From the NCBI GenBank assembly GCA_016197155.1, contig JACPWF010000019.1:1485-65484 (forward strand): a stretch of DNA of 64,000 nt. Direction: 5' to 3'. Numbering within the stretch: the stretch's first letter is position 1; every line of letters starts with the position of its first letter. Below are positions 20,200-29,788 of this stretch, in pieces. The notes under the pieces are model-generated. The model was not told where the DNA came from. It ran no database searches and saw nothing but the letters and a program-made list of their open reading frames with translations. Source of the DNA: Candidatus Omnitrophota bacterium. GTDB taxonomy: Bacteria > Omnitrophota > Gorgyraeia > 2-02-FULL-51-18. The translations under genes were made by a program, and so were the position numbers.

Positions 20200-22442
20200 A
20201 AAATTTTAACCTCCGTCTCCAAATCGACTCCGGCTTTTTCGCGAACCCTCCGGCGGACCGCTTCGATGAGGGCCGTCACGTCCTTGGCGGAGGCCCCGCC
20301 CAAATTGATGAGGAAATTGGCGTGCACCGTCGAAACCTGCGCGCGGCCGACCGTGAGCCCCTTGAGGCCCGCCTCGTCGATCAGTTTTCCGCTGGAGCGC
20401 GCGCCCTCGGCCGGATTTTTGAAGAGACACCCGGCGCTGGGGTGCTTCAGGTCCTGCGTGTTCATCCGGTGCGCGTGATACTCGTCCAATTTTTTCTGAA
20501 CCGTTTCGCGCGCGCGGCGCGGCAGGCGAAACACGGCCTCCACGATGACGCCGTCCCGGATGCCGGAGGAGCGGTAGCCAAAACCGATTTCGCTTTTTTT
20601 TAATTTTTTAAATTCCCCCTCAAACGTGAGAAGCGTGATTTCTTCCAAAATCGAATCCATGGACTGGCCGTGACTGCCCGCGTTCATCGCGACGGCGCCG
20701 CCCAGATTTCCCGGGATGCCGGAAAGAAATTCACAGCCGCCGAAACCATTTTCCAGGGCCAGCTGAATGAAAAGCGAGTTCGGCACGCCGGCCCGCGCGG
20801 TGATCGTTTCCTTTTCCACGCGCGCTTCCTTGAAATAAGCCGCGCCCAAGTGGATCACGGCCCCTTTCAATCCTTCGTCCGGCGCGAGGACGTTGCTCCC
20901 CGCTCCAAAAATGTGGATCGGAAGGTTTTTCCCGCGGCAGATGAGGACCGCCCGCCTCAGATCCTCCGCGTCCGCGGGCTCGATCCAAAACTCCGCCGGT
21001 CCCCCGATCCTGAGAGACGTGTGTTTGGCCAGCCCCTCCGAGGGGACCACCTTTCCGCGGACTTCGCGGAATAAATTCAGATGCGCCGCCAGTTCCCAGG
21101 CCACTTCCTCGATGTCCCCCGCGCCGAGCACCATCACCAGATCCCCCGGCCGGATCTCATTTTCCAAAGCCGCGTAAACTTCCGGGCGCGGCACAAACGC
21201 GGCGTCGGCATGCCCCGACTCGCGCACCGCGCGGCAAAAACCCTCGCCGCTCACGCCCGGAATGGGTGTCTCGCTCGCGGCGTAAATGTCGGTGACGATG
21301 AGTTTGTCCGCGGCTGAAAAACTCGACGCGAAATCCTTCAAAAAAAATTGGGTGCGCGTGAAACGGTGCGGCTGAAAAACGGCGAAGAGCCGTTTGGGCC
21401 CGAGCGCCCGGGCCGCGGCGAGGGTTTTGTGGATCTCCGTCGGGTGATGGGCGTAATCATCGACGATCTAAAACCTGCCGTCTTCGTATTGGACGCCGAA
21501 CCGGCGGCCCGCGCCTTCGTATTTTCCGAGTGCGGCGGCGATCACGGAAAAAGAGACGCCCAATTTCAATCCGACGGCGGCCGCCCCCAGCGCGTTCAGC
21601 ACGTTGTGAACGCCCAAAAGATTCAGGCGCACGGGGCCGAGACACCGGCCCTTTTCCCACATCTTGAACGCGACCGCGCGCGCGTTTTGCGGGCACTCCA
21701 CGATGTCCGTCGCGTAAAACTCGTTTTTGGGATCGAGGCCGTAAAGGCGCGCGGGCCGGATATTTTCCCGTGCCAGGCGCAAAACGCGCGCGTCTTCGGC
21801 ACAGCCGATCCATTCGGCATCCGCCGGCAGGCGCCGCAGGAAATCGCGGTAGGCGTCTTCCACGCGGCCGATCGTTTCAAAATGTTCCATGTGATCGGCC
21901 TCGATGTTGGTGATGACCTCGATGGCGGGTGAAAATTTGAGAAAGGAAGAATCGCTCTCGTCCGCTTCGATCACGATCTCGGACCCGCCGCCGAGGCAGG
22001 CGTTGCCCCCGAACGCGCCGACGACGCCGCCGACCACGATCGACGGGTCGCGGCGGGCCTCTTTCAAGATCATTCCGATGAGCGCGGTGGTCGTGGTTTT
22101 TCCGTGCGTGCCGGTCACGGCGATCGTGGTTTTGCCTTCACAAATTTCGGCGAGCGCCTCGGCGCGGTGAAGGAGCCTCGCCCCTTTTCGCGCGGCCTCG
22201 AGCCGCTCGGGGTGATCGCGCGAAATCGAGGTGGAATAAACCACGGTGCCGGCGCCGTTCACATGAGACGCGTCGTGCCCCATCAACACCCTCGCGCCGG
22301 CCTTTTCAAGCCCGCGCAGGACCTCGTTCATTTTGAGGTCACTGCCCTGCACGGCGTATCCCAGTGACAGGTAGATGCGCGCGAGGCCGCTCATCCCGAT
22401 CCCGCCGATTCCGATGAGGTGAATGGTTTTCTGTGAATTCAC
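20196..22442 (-). CDS. murC: MurC-MurB fusion interrupted by a single in-frame TAG at 21470-21468
   Basis: From GTG 22442: HLIGIGGIGMSG, GTHGKTTT, EADESD. Then ...DGRF*IVDDYAHHPTEI...FQPHRFTRT continues in the same frame into MurB motifs (IGGPA, GAGSN, IPGNLGGAVAMNAG, SAGCLFKNP, HANF, LETEV). Confidence 0.9.
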
Positions 22443-23542
22443 GAGGCAAGCTCTTCGATGAAATTGGCCAGCCGCGAGCGCGACGAATCCGCGGCCGGGT
22501 GGTCCCCCGGCGGCCATCCGTTATTTTTCTTTTCGGTGATTTTTTGAAAATATTGCGCAAGAAGCTCCGCCAATTTTTTCGGATCAATTTTCAATTCATC
22601 GAGCACCGCCGCGTCGTGGGTCCGGCTAAACACGCGGGCGTTGACCTTCTGGTGGCCGTTGCCGTGAGGGTACGGCACGAGGATCGCGGGAATTTTTTTC
22701 GCCGCGATCTCGGCGAGGAACGTCGCGCCCGAACGGCCGAGCGCCAGGTCCGCGGCGGCGTAGGCGAGGTCCATTCTTTCGAAAAAGGCGTACGCGCGGC
22801 AGTTCATTCCGGCGTCGCGGCAGGTTTTTTCCGACTCAAACGGGGGCATCTTTCCCGAGAGGTGCAGGATCTGGACACGCCCGCGCCAATCCTCCGGCAG
22901 AAATTTGAGGGCGCGGAAAAAAAGCGCATTGATGGATTCGGCGCCCTGACTGCCGCCGAGAAGAAGGAGCGTCATTTTCCCGGCGTCAAAACCAAAATAG
23001 CCGAGCGCCTCCTCGCGGTTCCCTTTCTCAATGGACGCGCGGATGGGGTTGCCCGTGACACGCACGTCTTTTGCCTTTTTTGGGAGAGCGCCCTTCGTCT
23101 CGGCGAAACTGAGCGCGGTCCCGTCCGTCCAGCGGCTTAAAAAACGGTTGGCGACTCCCGGCACCACGTTCTGTTCATGGATCAAGGTCCGTACCCCCAT
23201 GAGCCTCGCGGTCAAAACCACCGGAAACGAAAAATAACCCCCGAACCCGACCACGACATCCGGCTTTTCCGCCCCAAGCGCCCGCGCGCTCCCCAGGATC
23301 CCCGCGGCCAATTTTATCAGAAACCGCGCGTCCCATAAAGAGCGCCGCCCGAGAAACGGCGCGCTCGCGATGGAGATGACTTTTTCGTTTTCGAGGGGAC
23401 GGAAGATCTCGCGCTCGATGCCCTTATTCCCGCAGACATAAACGATCCGGCAATCCGGCCGGCGCTTTTTCAATTCTTCCGCCACGCTGAACGCCGGAAA
23501 AATATGCCCGCCGCTTCCCCCGCACGCGAGGACGATCTTCAT
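22439..23542 (-). CDS. murG: Undecaprenyl-PP-MurNAc-pentapeptide GlcNAc transferase
   Basis: Motifs GGSGGHIFPA, GFGGY, HEQN, GNPIR, GGSQGA and RSGA. Confidence 0.97.
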   Translation of the reverse strand: MKIVLACGGSGGHIFPAFSVAEELKKRRPDCRIVYVCGNKGIEREIFRPLENEKVISIASAPFLGRRSLWDARFLIKLAAGILGSARALGAEKPDVVVGFGGYFSFPVVLTARLMGVRTLIHEQNVVPGVANRFLSRWTDGTALSFAETKGALPKKAKDVRVTGNPIRASIEKGNREEALGYFGFDAGKMTLLLLGGSQGAESINALFFRALKFLPEDWRGRVQILHLSGKMPPFESEKTCRDAGMNCRAYAFFERMDLAYAAADLALGRSGATFLAEIAAKKIPAILVPYPHGNGHQKVNARVFSRTHDAAVLDELKIDPKKLAELLAQYFQKITEKKNNGWPPGDHPAADSSRSRLANFIEELAS

Positions 23543-24645
23543 CCGCTTTCTCCCGGCCTTTCTTTGGAAAGAGTCCACAAAAGCCCCACGCCCGCCAGGT
23601 TCGCCAGGAGCGCCGACCCGCCGTAGCTGATAAAAGGAAGCGAGAGCCCCTTGGTCGGCAGGGCGCCGATGCTGACGCCGATATTGATCACCGCCTCGAG
23701 GCCGATCAGCGAAACGAGGCCCAATCCCAAAAGCTGGGGGAAAAAATGATGGGAACGGAACACGATCACCATTCCGGCGAATAAAAATAAAATGAATAAA
23801 ATGACGACGGCGCTCGTGCCCACAAATCCCAGCTCTTCCCCGATGATCGAAAAAATAAAATCCGTGTGCGATTCGGGAAGATAAAAAAGTTTCTGCTGGG
23901 ACTGCCCGAGCCCCACGCCGAAAAACCCGCCCGAGCCCAGCGCCAAAAAAGACTGGATGATCTGAAACCCGACGCCGCGCGGGTCCTCCCACGGATGAAA
24001 AAAAGCCAAAAGCCGTTTGCGCCGGTAGGGCCTGGAGAGGGCCGCGTACACGACCACCGGCGCCGCCAGGAGGACCGCGGTCAATAGAGTGGAGACCCTG
24101 AACCCGGCCGCGAAAAAAAGAATGAAGATCACCAGCGCCACCGTGACCGCCGTCCCGAAGTCCGGCTGTTTGAACACCAGGCCCACCGACAAACCCAAAA
24201 TGAAAAGAGCCGGCAGGACGGTGCGTTTCAGATCGTGAAGCGATTCTCTCCTGCGGTCGAGGAAATCGGCCATGTAAAAAATGAGCGCCAATTTTAAAAA
24301 TTCAGAAGGCTGAAAACTGAATCCCAAAATTTTAAACCAGCGCCGCGCGCCGCCCATGGAATGGCCCACGTGAGGAACCAGAACCATCGCGAGCAGTGCC
24401 AGCGCGGCGATGAGAATTCCCTTGGCGTGCCTTCGAAGTCTTTGAATATTCACCAAAGCGGCCAACCACGCCAAAACGCCGCCCAGCGCCAGATACGCCA
24501 AATGGCGTTTCAAATAATACGCGCTGTCCTTCATCTGGTCGAGCGCGTAAATGGCGCTGGCGCTGTAAATCATCACGGCCCCCAGCGCCAGGAGGACCAG
24601 CGTCGAACCCAGGAGGATCGCCCGCGCTTTTTTCAGGGATTCCAT
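23539..24645 (-). CDS. ftsW: Peptidoglycan glycosyltransferase FtsW
   Basis: Motifs GARRW, QPSEFLK, QPDFGT, LPESHTDFIF and LPFISYGGS. Confidence 0.97.
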   Translation of the reverse strand: MESLKKARAILLGSTLVLLALGAVMIYSASAIYALDQMKDSAYYLKRHLAYLALGGVLAWLAALVNIQRLRRHAKGILIAALALLAMVLVPHVGHSMGGARRWFKILGFSFQPSEFLKLALIFYMADFLDRRRESLHDLKRTVLPALFILGLSVGLVFKQPDFGTAVTVALVIFILFFAAGFRVSTLLTAVLLAAPVVVYAALSRPYRRKRLLAFFHPWEDPRGVGFQIIQSFLALGSGGFFGVGLGQSQQKLFYLPESHTDFIFSIIGEELGFVGTSAVVILFILFLFAGMVIVFRSHHFFPQLLGLGLVSLIGLEAVINIGVSIGALPTKGLSLPFISYGGSALLANLAGVGLLWTLSKERPGESG

Positions 24646-26003
24646 CAGGAGACGGCCAGTTCCGCGAAAATTTTCTTAAAGGTCTCTCCGCGGTGTTCGA
24701 AAGAATGAAATTGGTCAAAGCTCGCGCACATCGGCGATAAAAGGAGCGCGTCGCCCGGCCCCGCGAGCCGGTAGGCCAGGCGCGCGGCCGCGGAAAAATC
24801 TTTTTGAATGTGAAAACGCCTGAACGATCTCCAGGATCCGGCGATCTTTCCGGCGGCCTCGCCGTACAAAACGGCTTCCTTCACTTTATCCTCGATCACG
24901 TCTTCGATGGATCCGAAATCCGCGCCCTTGTCGCGCCCGCCGGCCACGAGCACGATCGGCCCGTCCGTCGCGAGGATCGCCGCCCGGGTGCTGCCCACCG
25001 TCGTTGACTTGGAATCGTTCACAAAACGCACGCCGCCGATCTCCCCGACGGGTTCGATCCGGTGCTCGAGCGCGCGGAACGCGCGAAGCGTCTTTTGAAG
25101 TTGCGCGGGGGACACGCCGAAAACGTCCGCCGCCGCGACGGCCGCCAGAATGTTTTCCAGGTTGTGATCGCCTTTTAACGGAAAATCCTCTTTTTGAAAA
25201 AAACGGCGCGCGTGTCTCGCGTCTTTTTTCACGATCCAGCCGTCTTCGACGCAAAAACCGGCGGGGATCGGATGCCGGCTAAAAAAAATGACGCGCGAGC
25301 GCGCCCTTTTGGCCATTCGCCGCACGGCGGGGTCGGCGAAATTGAGGATGAGCACGTCGCCCGGCTTTTGGTTGGCGAAAATTTTTTCCTTCGCGCGGAC
25401 GTAATTTTGAAACGTCCCGTGCCGGTCGAGGTGATTGGGCATGACGTTTAAAACCACCGCCGCGCGCGGCTTGAGGTGCGGGCTGTCCTCGAGTTGAAAG
25501 GAGCTCGTCTCGAGCACCACGCGCGTTTTCGCGCCGATCGACGCGAGCGCGTCCAAAAAAGAAAACCCGACGTTGCCGCACAACACGCTCTTTTGCCCCG
25601 CCTCGACGAAAAAGCGATGGAGGAGGTGGCTCGTCGTCGTCTTGCCGTTCGACCCCGTGACCGCCACGATCGGCCCTTCGCAGAAAAGCGAGGCCAGGTC
25701 CACTTCGCTCATAACCGGGATCTTTTTTTTCTTCGCGAACACAAGCGGCAGGCTTGTTTTCGGCACGCCGGGGCTCGTCACGACGAGCTCGCTTCCCAAT
25801 AGAAATTTCCCGGTGTGCCCGCCGGTCTCGACGCGGACGCCGAGGCCTTTTAAAAGGGCCGCGTTTCGAAGCGCGCCTTTTTTATCCGAGGCCTCCGTGA
25901 CGCGCACGCCGGCTTTTTGCGCGGCGAGGAACTTTGCCGCGGCCAGGCCGCTCCGGCCCAGTCCCACCACCGCGATTTTCTTGCCTTTTAATTTGAGCGT
26001 CAT
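24645..26003 (-). CDS. murD: UDP-MurNAc-L-Ala--D-Glu ligase
   Basis: Motifs GLGRSG, TGSNGKTTT, ETSSFQL, NDSKST and LSPMCASFDQF. Confidence 0.97.
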   Translation of the reverse strand: MTLKLKGKKIAVVGLGRSGLAAAKFLAAQKAGVRVTEASDKKGALRNAALLKGLGVRVETGGHTGKFLLGSELVVTSPGVPKTSLPLVFAKKKKIPVMSEVDLASLFCEGPIVAVTGSNGKTTTSHLLHRFFVEAGQKSVLCGNVGFSFLDALASIGAKTRVVLETSSFQLEDSPHLKPRAAVVLNVMPNHLDRHGTFQNYVRAKEKIFANQKPGDVLILNFADPAVRRMAKRARSRVIFFSRHPIPAGFCVEDGWIVKKDARHARRFFQKEDFPLKGDHNLENILAAVAAADVFGVSPAQLQKTLRAFRALEHRIEPVGEIGGVRFVNDSKSTTVGSTRAAILATDGPIVLVAGGRDKGADFGSIEDVIEDKVKEAVLYGEAAGKIAGSWRSFRRFHIQKDFSAAARLAYRLAGPGDALLLSPMCASFDQFHSFEHRGETFKKIFAELAVS

Positions 26004-27088
26004 TGGAGTTTCAGCGAAGACAGCCCCGCCAGAGCGAGGATGATCGAAATGATCCAGAAGCGGATGACGACCTTTGATTCCGCGAGTCCTTTCAATTGAA
26101 AATGATGATGGACCGGCGCCATTAAAAAAATTCTTTTTTTTCGGAATTTGTAACTGGCCACCTGCAGCATGACGGACACGGCCTCCGCGACAAAAATCCC
26201 GCCGACGACCAAAAGTAACAGCTCTTTTTTGATCAGGACCGCGACCACTCCGAGCGCCCCGCCGAGGCCCAGCGACCCCACGTCCCCCATGAACACGCTC
26301 GCCGGATGCGAATTGAACCACAAAAAACCCAGGCCCGCGCCAAAAAGCGCCGCGCAAAAAACGGCCAGCTCGCCCGCGCCCGCCACGAACGGGATTTGCA
26401 GGTACTGGCTGAATTTCGCGTGCCCCGTGACGTAGCTCAAAATGCCGTAGGTGAGCGCGATCATGAGCGTGGAGCCCACGGCCAAACCGTCCAGGCCGTC
26501 GGTGAGATTCACCGCGTTCGAGGCGCCCGCGATCACGAGCGCGACGAATAAAATATAAAACGGCCCGATGAGGATCGCCCAATCCTTCAAAAACGGCACG
26601 TGGATTTTCTGCCAGCCCGGCGAATCCCAGTACAAAAAAGCGCCGAGAATGAGCCCCACCGCCACTTGTCCCGCCAGCTTGTTCGCCGCGGCGAGCCCTT
26701 TTGAATTTTTTCTCGACAGTTTCAAATAATCATCGACAAGTCCCACGCCCCCCAGCCACAGCACGACCGCGAGGGTCAGAACGACATAACGGTTCGTCAG
26801 GTCCGACCATAAAAGCGTCGAAGCCGTGACCGCGCCCAGGATCAAAAGGCCGCCCATCGTCGGGATCTTTTCCTTTCCCGCGTGCGCGCCGTAGAGCGCC
26901 GAGAAACCCGCGCGTTCGATGGTCTGTTTGAAATCGAGCCGCGAAAGAAAACGGATCACCGCCGGCCCGAGCCACACGCTCACGCCAAACGCCGTGAGAC
27001 TCGCCATCGCGGCGCGAAACGTGATGTAGCGGAAAACGTTGAAGCCGAAGAAAAAATCCCTTAACGGGTAAAGGAAGTGATAAAGCAC
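26000..27088 (-). CDS. mraY: Phospho-MurNAc-pentapeptide transferase
   Basis: Motifs PTMGG, DDYLK, NAVNLTDGLDGL, FMGDVGS and MAPVHHHF. Confidence 0.98.
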   Translation of the reverse strand: MLYHFLYPLRDFFFGFNVFRYITFRAAMASLTAFGVSVWLGPAVIRFLSRLDFKQTIERAGFSALYGAHAGKEKIPTMGGLLILGAVTASTLLWSDLTNRYVVLTLAVVLWLGGVGLVDDYLKLSRKNSKGLAAANKLAGQVAVGLILGAFLYWDSPGWQKIHVPFLKDWAILIGPFYILFVALVIAGASNAVNLTDGLDGLAVGSTLMIALTYGILSYVTGHAKFSQYLQIPFVAGAGELAVFCAALFGAGLGFLWFNSHPASVFMGDVGSLGLGGALGVVAVLIKKELLLLVVGGIFVAEAVSVMLQVASYKFRKKRIFLMAPVHHHFQLKGLAESKVVIRFWIISIILALAGLSSLKLQ

Positions 27089-28335
27089 TCGAAGACCTTT
27101 TCCATTTTCATTCCCCGCGAACCCTTCACCAGGACCCGGTCGCCCGCCGACGCCCATTCGCGGCAGAGCGCTCCGGCGTCCTCGGCGTTTTTCACGTGCC
27201 GGATCCTCGATGAGTCAAACCCATTTTTCACGGCCTCGTCCACAAGCGCCGCGGACAGGGGACCCGCCGCGATCACAAAATCAAATAAAAATTCCGCCAG
27301 AAGCAAACCCATCCGCCGGTGCAGGGCCCCGGCCTGTCCGCCGAGTTCCAGCATATCCCCGCACACCACGCCTTTTTTTCCGCGCGTCTCGAGACTTTGA
27401 AGCGCCTCGAGCGCGGCCTTGAACGAGACGGGGTTGGAATTGTACGTGTCATTGATGAAATGGATCCCGGCGATTTCTTTTTCCTCGAGCCGGCCTTTGA
27501 CGGGCTCGAAAGAACCCAGGCCCTCGCGGACAGTCCCTTCATCGATGCCAAGCTCCGTCGCCGCGGCCGCCGCCAAAAGACCGTTCAGCCGGTTGTCGCG
27601 GCCGATGAGCCGCATCGGATAACGGTCAGAAAAGGACACGCGCAGAATGCGGTGGCGTGCGCTTTTGATTTCTTTCAATGAAGGATCTTCGCCGTTTACA
27701 ATAAATATCCCGCCGGCCGCGAGCCCCTTCAAAATGCCCAGCTTTTCTTCCCTGACGCCTTCCAAATTATTCAATCCTTCCAGATGCGAGTGCCCGACCC
27801 GCGTGAGAATGGCGAGCGTCGGCGAGGCCATGCGCGACAACCGCCCGATTTCTCCCGGCCGGTTCGTCCCCATTTCCAACACCAGGACCTCATGCCCCCT
27901 CCGAAGCCGGAGGATAGTCTTGGGCACGCCCACCAGATTATTTTCGGTGCCTTCATTTTTCAACACGTTCAATTTTTTTTTCAAAAGATGCGCGAGGAGC
28001 TCTTTCACGGTGGTCTTTCCCACGCTCCCCGTCACGGCGACGACGGGGATCTTAAATTGTCCGCGGTAAACTTTGGCGAGCTCCCCGTAGGCCTTGAGCG
28101 TGTCGCGGACTTTCAGAAAACCCGCGGATTTTTCAAATTTTGAATGAATCTTTTTCGAATCGGAAAAAACAACGCGCCACGCGCCCTTCGCGACGGCCTC
28201 TTCGATAAAATCATGGCCGTCAAAACGCGGCCCCTTGAGCGCGAAAAAAATATCGCCCTGTTTTAACGTGCGCGTGTCCGTGGAAACGCCGCGTCCGGGC
28301 AGTTCGAGCGCCAATTGTCGAAGATCAGTTTCCAC
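27061..28335 (-). CDS. murF: UDP-MurNAc-tripeptide--D-Ala-D-Ala ligase
   Basis: Motifs FDGHDF, TGSVGKTTVKE, EMG, NDTYNSNP, GDMLELG and VKGSRG. Confidence 0.96.
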   Translation of the reverse strand: METDLRQLALELPGRGVSTDTRTLKQGDIFFALKGPRFDGHDFIEEAVAKGAWRVVFSDSKKIHSKFEKSAGFLKVRDTLKAYGELAKVYRGQFKIPVVAVTGSVGKTTVKELLAHLLKKKLNVLKNEGTENNLVGVPKTILRLRRGHEVLVLEMGTNRPGEIGRLSRMASPTLAILTRVGHSHLEGLNNLEGVREEKLGILKGLAAGGIFIVNGEDPSLKEIKSARHRILRVSFSDRYPMRLIGRDNRLNGLLAAAAATELGIDEGTVREGLGSFEPVKGRLEEKEIAGIHFINDTYNSNPVSFKAALEALQSLETRGKKGVVCGDMLELGGQAGALHRRMGLLLAEFLFDFVIAAGPLSAALVDEAVKNGFDSSRIRHVKNAEDAGALCREWASAGDRVLVKGSRGMKMEKVFECFITSFTR

Positions 28336-29788
28336 GAAGCACCCTCTCGGCCTCTTCGCGGTCGCTGAACGGGATCCGCTCCCGGCCGATCACCTGCTCC
28401 CGCTCGTGCCCCTTTCCGGCCAGAAGGACGATGTCTCCCCGCCGCGCGGACAAAAGCGCCTGCCGGATCGCTTTTTTTCTGTCCAGGACGACCGAATATT
28501 TTTTAAAATCCGCCGGGAAACCCGCGCAAACTTCCCCGGCGATTTCTTTTGGATCTTCCGAACGCGGGTTGTCGGAGGTCACGATCACGCTGTCCGAATA
28601 CTCGGCGGCGATCCGCCCCATCCGGGGCCGTTTCCCCGTGTCGCGCTCCCCGCCGCATCCGAAAACGGTGATGAGTTTGGCGGTTTTATAAGGGGCGAGA
28701 CTCCGCAGGACATTTTCGAGACCGTCCGGCGTGTGGGCAAAATCCACAAAGACGGCGAAATCCTGCCCGCCGTCCACCGCCTCGAGCCGGCCCGGCACGC
28801 CTTCAAAATACCGGAGGCTCTCGGCGCATTTTTTAACGTCGAGTCCCATCGCCGAGGCCACGGCCAAACTGCCCAGCGCATTGTACACGTTGTGCAGTCC
28901 CAAAAGCGGCGACACGACCTCGAGCCGGCCTTCGGGATAGGAGAGAGAAAATTTCGTGTCCTTCAGACCCGCCGCGATCTCGCGCGCCCTGAAATCCGCC
29001 TGTTCCTTCACCGCGTAAGTGAGGTCGCGTGACCGGATCTTTTTTTTTAATTTTTGACCCCAGGGGTCGTCGCCGTTGATGACGGAAAATTGACCGGGCG
29101 ACAGTCCCGTGAAAAGCCGCGACTTGGCTTCAAAATAGGCCTCGAGCGTTTTGTGATAATCCAGATGGTCCTGCGTCAAATTCGTGAAAAGCGCGGCCGC
29201 AAAATCGATCCCCGACACGCGCCCCTGGTCAAGCGCATGGGACGAAACTTCCATCACCGCGTATGGCAAGCCCGCGCTCACCATTTCGGAAAAAATGGAC
29301 TGAAGCCGCAGAGGCCCGGGCGTGGTTTCGGAGGCGGGGATTTGGCGCCCGGCAAAGCGGGTGTTGACAGTCCCGATCACACCCACCTCGCGGCCGCTTG
29401 TTTTTAAAAAGTGTTCGACGAGATAACTGCAGGTGGTTTTGCCGTTGGTGCCCGTGATCCCGATGACCTGCAAATGTCTGGCCGGATGCCGGTAAAAAGA
29501 GCCCGCGAGCCGGGAGGCGGCCTCGCGGCACCCGGGAACCAAAATAAAAGGAATGGCGCCGGGCAGATCCAAAGGCCGCTCACCGGCCACCGCCGAGGCC
29601 CCGCGCTCGATCGCCTCGCGGACAAAATCCCCGCCGTCCTGTTTGACGCCCCGGACCGCGAGAAACAGAAAATCTTTTCCGACTTTCCGCGAATCGCATT
29701 CGAGGCCCCGGATTTCCAGGTCCGGCAATGAAGAAAATTCCCGCCGCTCCGGATACGCCTCCTCGAAAAGCGCCTTTAGGGAAATCAT
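28325..29788 (-). CDS. murE: UDP-MurNAc-dipeptide--meso-DAP ligase
   Basis: Motifs TGTNGKTT, MEVSSH, FTNLTQDHLDYH, DFAHTPD, DNPR (DAP specificity) and GKGHE. Confidence 0.97.
   Translation of the reverse strand: MISLKALFEEAYPERREFSSLPDLEIRGLECDSRKVGKDFLFLAVRGVKQDGGDFVREAIERGASAVAGERPLDLPGAIPFILVPGCREAASRLAGSFYRHPARHLQVIGITGTNGKTTCSYLVEHFLKTSGREVGVIGTVNTRFAGRQIPASETTPGPLRLQSIFSEMVSAGLPYAVMEVSSHALDQGRVSGIDFAAALFTNLTQDHLDYHKTLEAYFEAKSRLFTGLSPGQFSVINGDDPWGQKLKKKIRSRDLTYAVKEQADFRAREIAAGLKDTKFSLSYPEGRLEVVSPLLGLHNVYNALGSLAVASAMGLDVKKCAESLRYFEGVPGRLEAVDGGQDFAVFVDFAHTPDGLENVLRSLAPYKTAKLITVFGCGGERDTGKRPRMGRIAAEYSDSVIVTSDNPRSEDPKEIAGEVCAGFPADFKKYSVVLDRKKAIRQALLSARRGDIVLLAGKGHEREQVIGRERIPFSDREEAERVLRGN

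Noticed and set aside
21468-21470. Genome-wide TAG reassignment (alternative genetic code)
   Set aside because: TAG ends yafQ, lnt, uvrC, lptE and rnhA at their expected C-termini, and no other gene here has an internal TAG.
23543-23992. N-terminal extensions of murG, murD, mraY, rsmE and the GT2 in the ORF track
   Set aside because: They overlap upstream genes in another frame. The family N-termini begin at downstream starts coupled to the previous stop codons.
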